From Candidatus Zixiibacteriota bacterium (GTDB lineage: Bacteria > Zixibacteria > MSB-5A5 > GN15 > FEB-12): a stretch of 47,419 nt of DNA. The notes under the pieces were generated by a model. The model did not search any database and was not told the origin of the DNA. It saw only the letters and a list, made by a program, of their open reading frames with translations. The position numbers were made by a program, and so were the translations under genes. The first letter of the stretch is position 1; each line of letters opens with the position of its first letter. The stretch spans positions 2,823,609 through 2,871,027 of the forward strand of contig CP070824.1 in assembly GCA_020344395.1 (NCBI GenBank), written 5' to 3'. Positions 15,575 to 24,543 of the stretch are shown here, piece by piece.

Positions 15575-18500
15575 ATATATGGTATGCATCACAGAGCCAC
15601 CTTCCTCAGGCGCCTTCAACCACGCATTGTAATCGAAGCGAATCCAGGCGACGTTGTGAATCTCGGTTCCGTTCTCCAGGCCGGGCACCGGTGAGATCGA
15701 GTATCGGAAGAAACCCTCTCCCTCAGGTGCTTCGATATTTGGCGGCAGCATGATGCTGTCGCAAAACCAGGTAATAACGCCCGTATACGGATCAAAATCC
15801 CAGGTACACTTGTCGGGATGGCTCATTTCTCCGATCACGAGCGTACCCCAGTCGAGCAGAGGATCAAGTGTATCGACTACTCGCACGTAGATCGCTTCGG
15901 CAGTAGCTTCCGGTTTGTTTTCAAACTGCACGAGGTAGTGGATGCGTTGTTCATCCGAAATCTCATGGAGCGGTCCCTCACCGGCCGGCGTGGCGCTCTT
16001 GTCATTGGGATCGATGGAGCCGATGATTTCATCTTTGAAAACTACATTGTTATTGTTGTAGTCACTCTCAGGGGTGGCGGTGGTCAGCCACATCTTGCAG
16101 GTCAGGCTGTCCCCGATCGGCACCCACTCCGGACATCGACCATAGGGAATGATAAAACCGCCATACCAGCCCGACGGCTCGATTGTTCCCAACGGGACTA
16201 CCATAGTATCACCAGCCATGTAGTAGCCGTCGTAATGGCCGGTGCCTCCCTCGACCACGTCAAAGGTGTCGATTATATGCCAGAATTCCATTTCCGGCGG
16301 CAGCAGGACCCTCAGAGAACAATTCTCGGCCGGATAGGTACCGATATTGGTCCACACCATCCAATAGGCCATCTCAAAGCCCGGCCTTGCGCCGGTCCAG
16401 GCGATCTCTCCGTACAGATCCGAGTAGGCTGTATCCACGCGCACATAATCGAGTTTCAGGAGACTGTCGACAAATGGACCGTTGGATACAACCAGTTTGA
16501 CATCGTAGAAACCTTCGAATGCATACTGATGGGCCGGATTCTGATCGTAGCTGGTGGCACCATCACCGAAATCCCAGAACCAACTGGTTGGGGAGCCGCT
16601 GCTCTCGTCGGTAAACTGGACGTTCAACCCCGGAATACCGACCCGCGGTGTGCCGGAGAATTCGGCCTGCAGGTCATTTACCACCACGTAGCCGGATTTT
16701 ATGACCGAGTCTATCTGGGTACAATCGTCGAGCTGGAGACGAACCCGCAGCATGACATCGAAAATGCCCTGCGTTTCATAAACATGAATGGGATTACGTA
16801 AATCGCTTGTGTTGCCATCACCAAAAGCCCAGTAGTATTCATTGGCCGCTCCGGTTAGCAGCGGCTCAAACATCACCGCCAGCGGAGTCTGTCCGTCGGT
16901 GGGCGTACCGATGAAGTCCGCCGAGACGCTGTCCTGCAGAACAATATATTCCGTCTTTATGAGAGAATCCTCGCGGGTCCCGTCGGAGATAAGCAGCATT
17001 ACATCAAATGCGCCCTGCGTTGTATATTCGTGCTGCGGATGCTGGTCAGTGCTCGAGCCACCATCACCAAAATCCCAGTACCAGGATACGATGCTGGTGG
17101 TGGGAACTGACAGATCCGTGAAGTTGACCACCAGAGGCAGGGTACCGCACCGACGATCAGCCGTAAACAGCACCTCACCCGGATCACAAGCATCACCCAG
17201 CCCGTCGCCGTCGGTATCGGACTGGTTTGCATTGGGATCGTCGGGACAGTTGTCAAACGGACATTCATTCACCCAGAATCCGGGATCACCGTAGCCGTCA
17301 CCATCGGAATCAGTACAGGTGTCACAGGAATCTCCCACTCCATCCATATCATAATCTTCCTGCGCCGCATTGTATACGGCCGGGCAGTTGTCTTCGGGGC
17401 AGGTGTTGGTCGGGAACCCGGGATCACCGTACCCATCGCCATCGATATCAGTGCAGGAGTCACAGACATCCCCGATGCCGTCGCCGTCGGCGTCAGCCTG
17501 GTCCTGGTTTGCGATGAGATAACAGTTGTCGCAGGAGTCGCCCAGATTGTCGGTGTCGGAATTGATCTGGAGTATATTATAGACTTCTGGACAGTTGTCA
17601 CATGCCGTCCCTACCTCGTCGGCATCGGGATCAGATTGATCGGTGTTGCTGACGTCCGGACAATTGTCACAATCGGTGCCGACGGAATCAGCATCAGGGT
17701 CATCCTGTGACGGATTATAGTCTTCGGGACAGTTGTCACAGCTATCACCGACGGTGTCCGAATCTCCATCGACCTGATCTGGATTGTACGCCTCCGGGCA
17801 GTTGTCGCAGGCGGTTCCCAGGCTGTCGCCGTCCGGGTCAGCCTGGGCAGGATTCGGAGTATCGGGGCAGTTGTCCTCCTGGCACGTATTGGCCAGAAAG
17901 CCCGGATCACCGTACCCGTCATCGTCGGTATCGGTGCATGGATCACAGGCATCTACGAGGCCGTCCCCGTCGGCGTCGTCACCCACCAGGCACGGGTCAA
18001 GGTAAAAGCAATGGGGGCCATCCCAGTCAGGAATGAAATTACCCTGAGCAGCGTTGCTCCACATCCAGGTGCCCCCGGGCGGGACCCACGAGGAATCCAG
18101 ACAAATATACTTGCCGCCATCTTCAACTTTCGTGTCCAGCGATATGGTGTATACCACTGAATCGTACCCGGGCGGCAGGCCTTCTTCCGCCGAGAACCCA
18201 AAAGCCGAGAAGCCAACTGAATCTGCTCCTGTGCCGTCGCAACTGAAGCAGCTTATATAGCTCTGGGTAAACATTCCCGGAGGAAATCCCAGGGTGTCAC
18301 CCTGGAAATTGTCCCAGGTCGCGCCTTCAGGTGAGTAAACTCGAAAGCCGTTATAGATATTCCAGTTGTACTCGGAAGTATTCGTCAGCCGGATATAAAA
18401 GACCGCAGGAGTCCCGGCCGCCAGTGCAGTATCGAAATAAAGGCCGTCTACGTGGTCAAGGCTGACCGAGAGCCCCTCAATCTCGCAGACGTCACCGATG

Positions 18501-19222
18501 CCGTCCTGGTCGGCATCAGCCTGATCAGGATTGTACCGGTAGGGACAGTTGTCGTCAGGGCAAGTATTGGCAGCATACCCCGGATTTCCGAACCCGTCAG
18601 CATCGGTGTCGGTACAAGTATCGCAATCATTGACCCAGCCGTCGCCGTCGGCATCGTCTTCTCCAACACACGCATCAATCAAGAAACAGTGTGGCCCGTC
18701 CCAGGAAGGAACAAGATTTCCGGAGGCTGCATTGCTCCACAACCAGGTACCTCCTGGACGAATCCACGAGGAATCCAGACATATGTGCTTACCATCGTCC
18801 TCCACCCTGGTGTCAAGCGAAATTGTGTACGGGACCGCATCGTAACCGGGCGGAAGACCTTCGGCCGCCGAAAAGCCAAAGGCCGAAAACCCGATCGAGT
18901 CCGATCCCGTGCCGTCACAACTGAAGCAGGCGATATACGATTGTGAGAACATTCCCGGCGGGAAACCCAGAGTATCACCCTGCAGGTTGTTCCACTCCGC
19001 ACCATCCGGCGAATAGATGCGAAACCCGTTGTAAATGTTGTAGTTATACGCAGAATCGTTGGTCAGTCTGATGTAAAACACTACGTTGGACCCGGCCGAG
19101 AGGACCGAGTCGAGGTACAATCCGTCGACATGATCCAGCGTGACTGAAGTCGCCCCTGCCGTGAAAGGCAGACTGACCGTAACGCTCAATACCAGGACCA
19201 GCACTTTGAAATGGCGTCCCAT
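15332..19222 (-). CDS. Giant secreted adhesin-like protein: two tandem LDHVDG-domain units, thrombospondin type-3-like Cys/Asp repeats, three PKD domains, DPNDK beta-sandwich region, C-terminal dockerin-like module
   Basis: Track ORF is 15332..19246. I prefer the ATG at 19222 (MGRHFKVLVLVLSVTVSLPFTAGA) because GGGGAGG sits 5 nt upstream. PKD signatures: WYWDFGDGGSS, YYWAFGDGNTS, WFWDFGDGATS. Confidence 0.88.
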   Translation of the reverse strand: MGRHFKVLVLVLSVTVSLPFTAGATSVTLDHVDGLYLDSVLSAGSNVVFYIRLTNDSAYNYNIYNGFRIYSPDGAEWNNLQGDTLGFPPGMFSQSYIACFSCDGTGSDSIGFSAFGFSAAEGLPPGYDAVPYTISLDTRVEDDGKHICLDSSWIRPGGTWLWSNAASGNLVPSWDGPHCFLIDACVGEDDADGDGWVNDCDTCTDTDADGFGNPGYAANTCPDDNCPYRYNPDQADADQDGIGDVCEIEGLSVSLDHVDGLYFDTALAAGTPAVFYIRLTNTSEYNWNIYNGFRVYSPEGATWDNFQGDTLGFPPGMFTQSYISCFSCDGTGADSVGFSAFGFSAEEGLPPGYDSVVYTISLDTKVEDGGKYICLDSSWVPPGGTWMWSNAAQGNFIPDWDGPHCFYLDPCLVGDDADGDGLVDACDPCTDTDDDGYGDPGFLANTCQEDNCPDTPNPAQADPDGDSLGTACDNCPEAYNPDQVDGDSDTVGDSCDNCPEDYNPSQDDPDADSVGTDCDNCPDVSNTDQSDPDADEVGTACDNCPEVYNILQINSDTDNLGDSCDNCYLIANQDQADADGDGIGDVCDSCTDIDGDGYGDPGFPTNTCPEDNCPAVYNAAQEDYDMDGVGDSCDTCTDSDGDGYGDPGFWVNECPFDNCPDDPNANQSDTDGDGLGDACDPGEVLFTADRRCGTLPLVVNFTDLSVPTTSIVSWYWDFGDGGSSTDQHPQHEYTTQGAFDVMLLISDGTREDSLIKTEYIVLQDSVSADFIGTPTDGQTPLAVMFEPLLTGAANEYYWAFGDGNTSDLRNPIHVYETQGIFDVMLRVRLQLDDCTQIDSVIKSGYVVVNDLQAEFSGTPRVGIPGLNVQFTDESSGSPTSWFWDFGDGATSYDQNPAHQYAFEGFYDVKLVVSNGPFVDSLLKLDYVRVDTAYSDLYGEIAWTGARPGFEMAYWMVWTNIGTYPAENCSLRVLLPPEMEFWHIIDTFDVVEGGTGHYDGYYMAGDTMVVPLGTIEPSGWYGGFIIPYGRCPEWVPIGDSLTCKMWLTTATPESDYNNNNVVFKDEIIGSIDPNDKSATPAGEGPLHEISDEQRIHYLVQFENKPEATAEAIYVRVVDTLDPLLDWGTLVIGEMSHPDKCTWDFDPYTGVITWFCDSIMLPPNIEAPEGEGFFRYSISPVPGLENGTEIHNVAWIRFDYNAWLKAPEEGGSVMHTIYSGCCIDMRGNVNCDVGEAVDVGDLTRLIQYLFITGASDPLCCEEEANINGSLDGVVDIGDLTALIIYLFIPPNDPPVNCR
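17180..17990 (-). repeat. TSP3-like Cys/Asp repeat array, coding, inside 15332..19222
   Basis: Units such as CDNCPEAYNPDQVDGDSDTVGDSCDNCPEDYNPSQDDPDADSVGTDCDNCPDVSNTDQSDPDADEVGTACDNC, interspersed with CTDxDxDGYGDPGF units. Confidence 0.8.
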
Positions 19223-19432
19223 TGGAACCTCCCCTTGCTGCTGCAAGCCGCTTGTTTGAAAGTATAATGCCTCTGATTATTCCGGATGCCTGCGCCCGTT
19301 CAATCGATCCGACACACCTGGACGTATGACCAGGTGACATGACTTGTCTGAAATACGAGGTGAACACCTTCTGTCTGTTCGTTATTCCTTGTTGTGCTCG
19401 ATATTTCTGGAGGTGCTCGATAAGACAAAATA

Positions 19433-19461
19433 AATATACGGACTGCTGACCCTCTGGGCAA
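19433..19461 (-). promoter_or_regulatory. Candidate promoter upstream of the 15332..19222 gene
   Basis: Minus strand: TTGCCC (19461-19456), 17-nt spacer, TATATT (19438-19433). It is followed by two copies of TATCGAGCAC. Confidence 0.3.
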
Positions 19462-19587
19462 GTGCTAATCTGCCGTATCCTCAAGTTCACAGAGAACGAC
19501 CCCCGGATCCCGGAGGTTGGGGGCCGCTGGATTCGCGCTGGGACCGTTCTGAGGCCGCTCTCACCTCAGCCCGGCGGGGTCAGATCA

Positions 19588-19815
19588 TCATGGGCACGCC
19601 GCCATCGGTTCATAGCTGATAAACAAGTAATCTATAAGCGTTGTCAGATCGCCGATGTCCACCGCGCCTTCACCGTCGGTATTGGCTTCATTCATGCACT
19701 CAGGCTCCTCATAACTGATAAACAGATAGTCTATGAGCGCCGTCAGATCACCTATGTCGACAATATCGCCCGGGTCGGCATTAACGTTGCCCGTAATACC
19801 CTGACAGCAGGACGC
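19588..19815 (-). repeat. Cys-framed dockerin-like module, C-terminal copy
   Basis: ASCCQGITGNVNADPGDIVDIGDLTALIDYLFISYEEPECMNEANTDGEGAVDIGDLTTLIDYLFISYEPMAACP-stop. Confidence 0.85.
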
Positions 19816-20991
19816 AACTATGACCTTATCAGTAGTTACTGTATCCGTCTCTGTTCCGTAGTCGCTGGTGTAAATCAACTCTAAGTAAAACGAGTCCATC
19901 TGGGTCTCGTGCTCATGTGGAATACTAAACTCAAGCGGGCTGCTACTGTTGCTTACTTCAGATCGTGGGGGAGCGCTCCCGATGTCCGCCGAACCCTGAG
20001 TGATTGTCAACCCGCCGGTCGTCGCGATCAGACCGATTGACAGGTCGGTCAGAGGCAAAAAGTGTGTGTTGGTTATTGTCACAACCAAGTCGATGGTTTC
20101 ACCAGCTTCGAGAATACTGTCTCCGTCGCCCCCGGCTACATCCGAGAAGGCTTGTGATACGTACCTGGGCCTTCCCATATGGACGAAGTCAACTGTGTCG
20201 CCCAGGAAACATGGCACCCCAAGGACATGATCTTGTGGATTATAGTCAATGTTGACAGGCCCGATATGGCCGGTCGAAACTACCTCCGGCGGGTTCGTGA
20301 AGGTCGAGTCATAGCGGTAGCAAACGCCAGCATGATAACTCGAGACATATACGTTGCCAAACTGGTCCTGGGCAATACCATCCATGAAGCTTGTAGGTGG
20401 AAGAACCAGGTCAGTGATGCTGGTGTCTTCAAGATTCACTGCCTGTATAGGAAAATTCGACGAATAGCCGACCACCAGCAGACGATTATGCTTGCTGTCC
20501 AGTATAACATCGCAGGGATTGTTCCCCAGGTCGCCTCCCGACACAAAGGTCGACCAGGTACTGTCGCTGAGGCGGATTTTGTAGATTTTATCCGGAAAAT
20601 TGTCGCTGTAGACCATGTCCACAACATAGAGGTTCCCCGCGGAATCAACAGTCATACCGCGAAGACGTTCGGTACCGGGGATGTTGATGAAGAAGACCTG
20701 ATCGCCGGTCGCCAGATCATATCCGGTGACGGATGTAAATCGAGACTGGTAGAAGACGTCGCCGTAGATGTAGCCGGAATACAGCCAGGACGTGCCTTCA
20801 TAGAAATACGATGCCCCACCGTTGGAGTCGATCTGAACAATGTCGCCAGTCGTCCAACAAGAAACCAGATAGCGATTGTATAGCGAATCCCAGGTCACAC
20901 ACTCTGCACCGATCAGAAGATTTTCGCCATGTGCGCTCGTTGTAAGCGCCAACACCGCAATGACCCCGAAAACACTGATTGTTCTCTTCAC
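19588..20991 (-). CDS. Secreted beta-propeller protein with CARDB-like domain and C-terminal dockerin-like module
   Basis: 467-aa ORF with a GTG start and GGAG 8 nt upstream. Signal peptide is MKRTISVFGVIAVLALTTSAHG. Repeated blade-like segments (GNLYVVD, NRLLVVG, GNVYVSS) suggest a propeller. The C-terminus is the module. Confidence 0.85.
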   Translation of the reverse strand: MKRTISVFGVIAVLALTTSAHGENLLIGAECVTWDSLYNRYLVSCWTTGDIVQIDSNGGASYFYEGTSWLYSGYIYGDVFYQSRFTSVTGYDLATGDQVFFINIPGTERLRGMTVDSAGNLYVVDMVYSDNFPDKIYKIRLSDSTWSTFVSGGDLGNNPCDVILDSKHNRLLVVGYSSNFPIQAVNLEDTSITDLVLPPTSFMDGIAQDQFGNVYVSSYHAGVCYRYDSTFTNPPEVVSTGHIGPVNIDYNPQDHVLGVPCFLGDTVDFVHMGRPRYVSQAFSDVAGGDGDSILEAGETIDLVVTITNTHFLPLTDLSIGLIATTGGLTITQGSADIGSAPPRSEVSNSSSPLEFSIPHEHETQMDSFYLELIYTSDYGTETDTVTTDKVIVASCCQGITGNVNADPGDIVDIGDLTALIDYLFISYEEPECMNEANTDGEGAVDIGDLTTLIDYLFISYEPMAACP

Positions 20992-21334
20992 CTAAATTTC
21001 TCCTGTTTTTGGGCTTTGTCGAAAGCGATGCGCACTGGTAAATCGGCGAACACCTGAGCGGCATCCGGGATTGACGGAACTGCGGTCGCTACGTCCAGGA
21101 TCCCGCCCATGCTCTCAACTTTATTTCACCATCGCCGTCGATGACTGACTGGCGGGCATTGTCTGCAGCAGAGGCAGTGACGAGTCTTCTCTGATAAAGC
21201 TTCCGATACCAATCAGATCTTACACGATTCTCCAGATCATTCGTCTCAGTAATGAAAAAACAATGGCTGTGACGAATTCTCGACCGCTATATTGCTTCGC
21301 AAGAGCGGATGAACCCTGATGATCGGATTGACCT

Positions 21335-21871
21335 TTGGATGTGGATAAGGCATATCATTCGGCTGTGAAGGGCGACGAAGATATCAGGCGCCAGCTATTT
21401 GAGTGGCTCAGCGTAAGATTCCGCCTTTTTGCCCGGCAAAAGATATGGAATAAGTCTGATGTGGAAGATGTAGTGCAGAATGCCCTCGCGGCGGTGCACA
21501 GCAAGTACAAGCAGGTCAACATCGTGCACAGTTTCTCCGCCTGGGCACATGGAGTGTTGGGCAAAGAGATACTCAGGTATACCAGAAACCGTTCACGCCG
21601 TTCCGCCACTTTTACTTCGCTTGAGGCAGGCTCGGAACCGCATGCCATTGGTACGGAAGACCCTGAGGTTCGTCGCCGGCTGCTGAGTTGCCTTGAGAAA
21701 GTGGCAAGCGCCAACCCCAGATATGCGAAAGTGTTACAATTGACATACGAAGGGTATGATACGGACTACATCTGCAAATCCCTGGGTATCACCCCTAATA
21801 ACCTGTATGTGATTCTTTCGCGTGCCCGAACAATGCTCAAAAAATGTCTGAAGGAAAGGACCCTGAAGTGA
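21335..21871 (+). CDS. ECF-type (sigma-70 family, group 4) RNA polymerase sigma factor
   Basis: 178 aa. Region 2-like segment is DVEDVVQNALAAVHSKY...FSAWAHGVLGKEILRY. Region 4 HTH-like segment is YAKVLQLTYEGYDTDYICKSLGITPNNLYVILSRARTMLKKCL. The start is uncertain: TTG at 21335 or GTG at 21341, with no in-frame ATG nearby. Confidence 0.8.
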   Translation: MDVDKAYHSAVKGDEDIRRQLFEWLSVRFRLFARQKIWNKSDVEDVVQNALAAVHSKYKQVNIVHSFSAWAHGVLGKEILRYTRNRSRRSATFTSLEAGSEPHAIGTEDPEVRRRLLSCLEKVASANPRYAKVLQLTYEGYDTDYICKSLGITPNNLYVILSRARTMLKKCLKERTLK

Positions 21872-24177
21872 CCAACCGCTGCACCGATGAAAGGCTGGGA
21901 AAACTGCTACACCAGTACGAACTGGGTATGCTCGGTGAAGAGGATCGCACGGCATTCGAAATGCATCTGTACGAGTGCGATACCTGTTTTGCGGAAGTTC
22001 AGGATCTCTGGGAAGAATCGCGACTGCTGAGGCACGACCCCGAAGCTCGATTAATAGCAGCTGCTGCCTCAAAGCGTGCCGCCGGGGATCAGGATTCAGC
22101 CGTTCAGAAACGCGAACCCATGCTATGGCGGCGATGGAAGACAATGCTGCCTACATCGATAGCAGCAGCGGCGGTACTGGTACTGTTGATTCTTCGGCCC
22201 TGGCAGATCAATATAAGAACCGCTGACGATGTTGCCGCCGCCGAATATCGACTGGTGGTGATGGCTTTTGAGAATGTACAAGATCCTGATGATCAGAGCC
22301 GCCTGGGTGAGGTTGTTGCTAACCTGCTGATCACCGATCTGTCTGAATCGAAGTTCGTCGAGGTCATTTCTCCTGAGAGGGTATCTGACATTCGAAAGCT
22401 GATCCTTCAGAGTGACGTGACGTCTGATTCGAGTGATCTGGCTGCCATGATAGCCGAACACGCGGGGGCCCGATGGATTCTGCGGGGCGATGTCATTCGG
22501 GATCAACAGGTTACAGCCATAACTTCCCGTTTGGTGGAATATCCCGGGCTGGAGGTCATCGCAACTCAGAAAGTAATAGGGAGGGTCGACGAACCGATCT
22601 TCAGTCTGGTCGATCGGCTTACCATCAGGATTAAGAGCGACCTTTCACTACCGGCTGAGGCGCTGGCAGAGATCGATCCTCCAGTGGCCGACATCACCAC
22701 TCATTTCCCGGAGGCATACCTCCGCTTCCTGGAGGGTGTCGACTTTGTTCAGAAGATGTACTTGCCCGAGGCAATAGAGGCTTTCGAATCCTGCCTGGCC
22801 ATAGACTCGTCCTATGCGATGGCATATTACTACCTGGCTGAACTGAAAGATAGCGATCTCATTGATCGTGCTGTGGAACACATCGACCGCGCCAGCCACA
22901 AGGACAAGTACTACATCAGAAGCCGAGCCGCATCGTATATTGGCGACGGCGTTGGTAGCAGGGCGGAGTTGGAAGAGCTATTGGTTCGCTATCCGGACGA
23001 AAAGGAGGCTTTGTTCCAGCTTGGCCTTTATGCCCACCAAGAAAGAGACTATGAAGAAGCTGTCGGTCGCATGACTGACGTCCTGAGGATTGACCCTCTC
23101 CATAAGCCGGCACTCAACCAGTTGTCCTACACCTATGATGCCGCCGGGAACTTCGAAATGGCTGTCAACGCAATCAACAACCTTATCAGACTGACACCGA
23201 ATGAGCCAAATCCGTATGACTCCAGGGGTGACCTGTTGGCTCGCAACGGACTACTGGAAGAGGCTGTTGAGTCTTACCGGATCGCCCTGGCAAAGAAGCC
23301 GGATTTTCGTCCTTCCAGGCAGAACCTTGGACATATGTACGTGTTTCAGGGCAAGTACGCGGAGGCCAGACAGCAGTATCTGGGCTTGATCGAAGAAGCT
23401 GACCTGCCATATATCGCTCAAAACCGCCTGAATCTCGCCTTTGTCTCTGCGCGCCGTGGCATGTTTGATGTAGCGCTTGACGCCCTTGATACAGCAATAA
23501 TCTCTTGCCAGGATGCGGCCGAACGAAATCTAACCCGTCAGCGCGCCTTGCCACATTTCCTTAAATTCTGGATACATCTTGAGATGAACCAGATAAGTAG
23601 AGCCGTAGAAGAAGCCGATTCCTGTATTTATTGGGCCGAACTGGCCCATCACAGCAGAACGGTAGGTTACCGGTGGATACAGGCCTACGCTCTGGCCAAA
23701 GCGGGTGAGTATCACCGTGCTGATAGCGTCATAGAAGGCGTCGCCGAGTTCTGTCGGCAGAACTCTTTAGAACCGACAGCCTACTACTGGACTGCCGGGA
23801 TGGTCGCTCTGGCTCGTCATGATGGACCAACAGCAGTATCTATGATGGAGAAAGCGGTGGAAGGGCACACTCCCGCGACAAACTTCATGGGTTTTGCCAG
23901 GCTCGGACATGCCTATGTTGAGGACGGCAGGTATGAGGAGGCGGTCACAACGCTTGAATCGACGGTCAAGGTGCTTGTGTATGACCGACTTTTGGATGGT
24001 GTCTACGGTGTCAAAGTCCACTACCATCTGGGTCTGGCCTACGAGGGTCTGGGGGAGTATGCGTCAGCGACAGATCAGTACACAAAGTTCCTCGAGATCT
24101 GGAAAGATGCCGATTCTAACCTGGCAGCCGTTGCGGGTGCTAAAGAGAGGTTGACCAGATTGGAAACCACCCCGTAG
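21844..24177 (+). CDS. Anti-sigma factor: zf-HC2 N-terminus, one TM helix, TolB-N-like periplasmic domain and TPR repeats
   Basis: 777 aa. HxxxCxxC motif is HLYECDTC. TM segment is MLPTSIAAAAVLVLLILRPW. The segment VVMAFENVQDPDDQSRLGEVVANLLITDLS resembles the TolB-N/CsgG-like sensor module. Multiple TPR-like repeats follow. It overlaps the sigma gene by 28 nt; an alternative GTG at 21868 would give a GTGA stop/start overlap. Confidence 0.8.
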   Translation: MSEGKDPEVTNRCTDERLGKLLHQYELGMLGEEDRTAFEMHLYECDTCFAEVQDLWEESRLLRHDPEARLIAAAASKRAAGDQDSAVQKREPMLWRRWKTMLPTSIAAAAVLVLLILRPWQINIRTADDVAAAEYRLVVMAFENVQDPDDQSRLGEVVANLLITDLSESKFVEVISPERVSDIRKLILQSDVTSDSSDLAAMIAEHAGARWILRGDVIRDQQVTAITSRLVEYPGLEVIATQKVIGRVDEPIFSLVDRLTIRIKSDLSLPAEALAEIDPPVADITTHFPEAYLRFLEGVDFVQKMYLPEAIEAFESCLAIDSSYAMAYYYLAELKDSDLIDRAVEHIDRASHKDKYYIRSRAASYIGDGVGSRAELEELLVRYPDEKEALFQLGLYAHQERDYEEAVGRMTDVLRIDPLHKPALNQLSYTYDAAGNFEMAVNAINNLIRLTPNEPNPYDSRGDLLARNGLLEEAVESYRIALAKKPDFRPSRQNLGHMYVFQGKYAEARQQYLGLIEEADLPYIAQNRLNLAFVSARRGMFDVALDALDTAIISCQDAAERNLTRQRALPHFLKFWIHLEMNQISRAVEEADSCIYWAELAHHSRTVGYRWIQAYALAKAGEYHRADSVIEGVAEFCRQNSLEPTAYYWTAGMVALARHDGPTAVSMMEKAVEGHTPATNFMGFARLGHAYVEDGRYEEAVTTLESTVKVLVYDRLLDGVYGVKVHYHLGLAYEGLGEYASATDQYTKFLEIWKDADSNLAAVAGAKERLTRLETTP

Positions 24178-24315
24178 CCACCCACGAGTTCCGCGGTGCA
24201 ATGAGTCGGGGAAGCACTATATAGAGCGTCTGTTGCCCTGTGGAGCTATAATATCGCTCCCTGGCTGGAGCTTCTTCCGCCTAAAGCAGTCCCACAGCGA
24301 ATGGTACTACGGGCT

Positions 24316-24543
24316 CTACGGGCATTCCGCGGGTTCCTCGAAGCTGATGAACAGGAAATCGATAAGTGTCGTCAGGTCGCCGATGTCGACTTCCCCTTCA
24401 CCGTCGGCGTTGGCCTCATCCATGCATACCGGCTCCTCGAAACTTATAAACAGAAAATCGATGAGCGCTGTCAGATCGCCTATGTCGACTATGTCTTCCG
24501 GATCGTTGTCAACGTTGCCGGTCAGGCCCCGACAGCAGGTGGT
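24316..24543 (-). repeat. Cys-framed dockerin-like module, C-terminal copy
   Basis: TTCCRGLTGNVDNDPEDIVDIGDLTALIDFLFISFEEPVCMDEANADGEGEVDIGDLTTLIDFLFISFEEPAECP-stop. Confidence 0.85.

Noticed and set aside
21092-21116. GGAAC ... CGTC in the sigma-factor upstream spacer, as an autoregulated ECF promoter.
   Set aside because: The spacer between the elements is only ~11 nt, against the ~16-17 nt typical for ECF promoters. No similar motif was seen upstream of the island genes.
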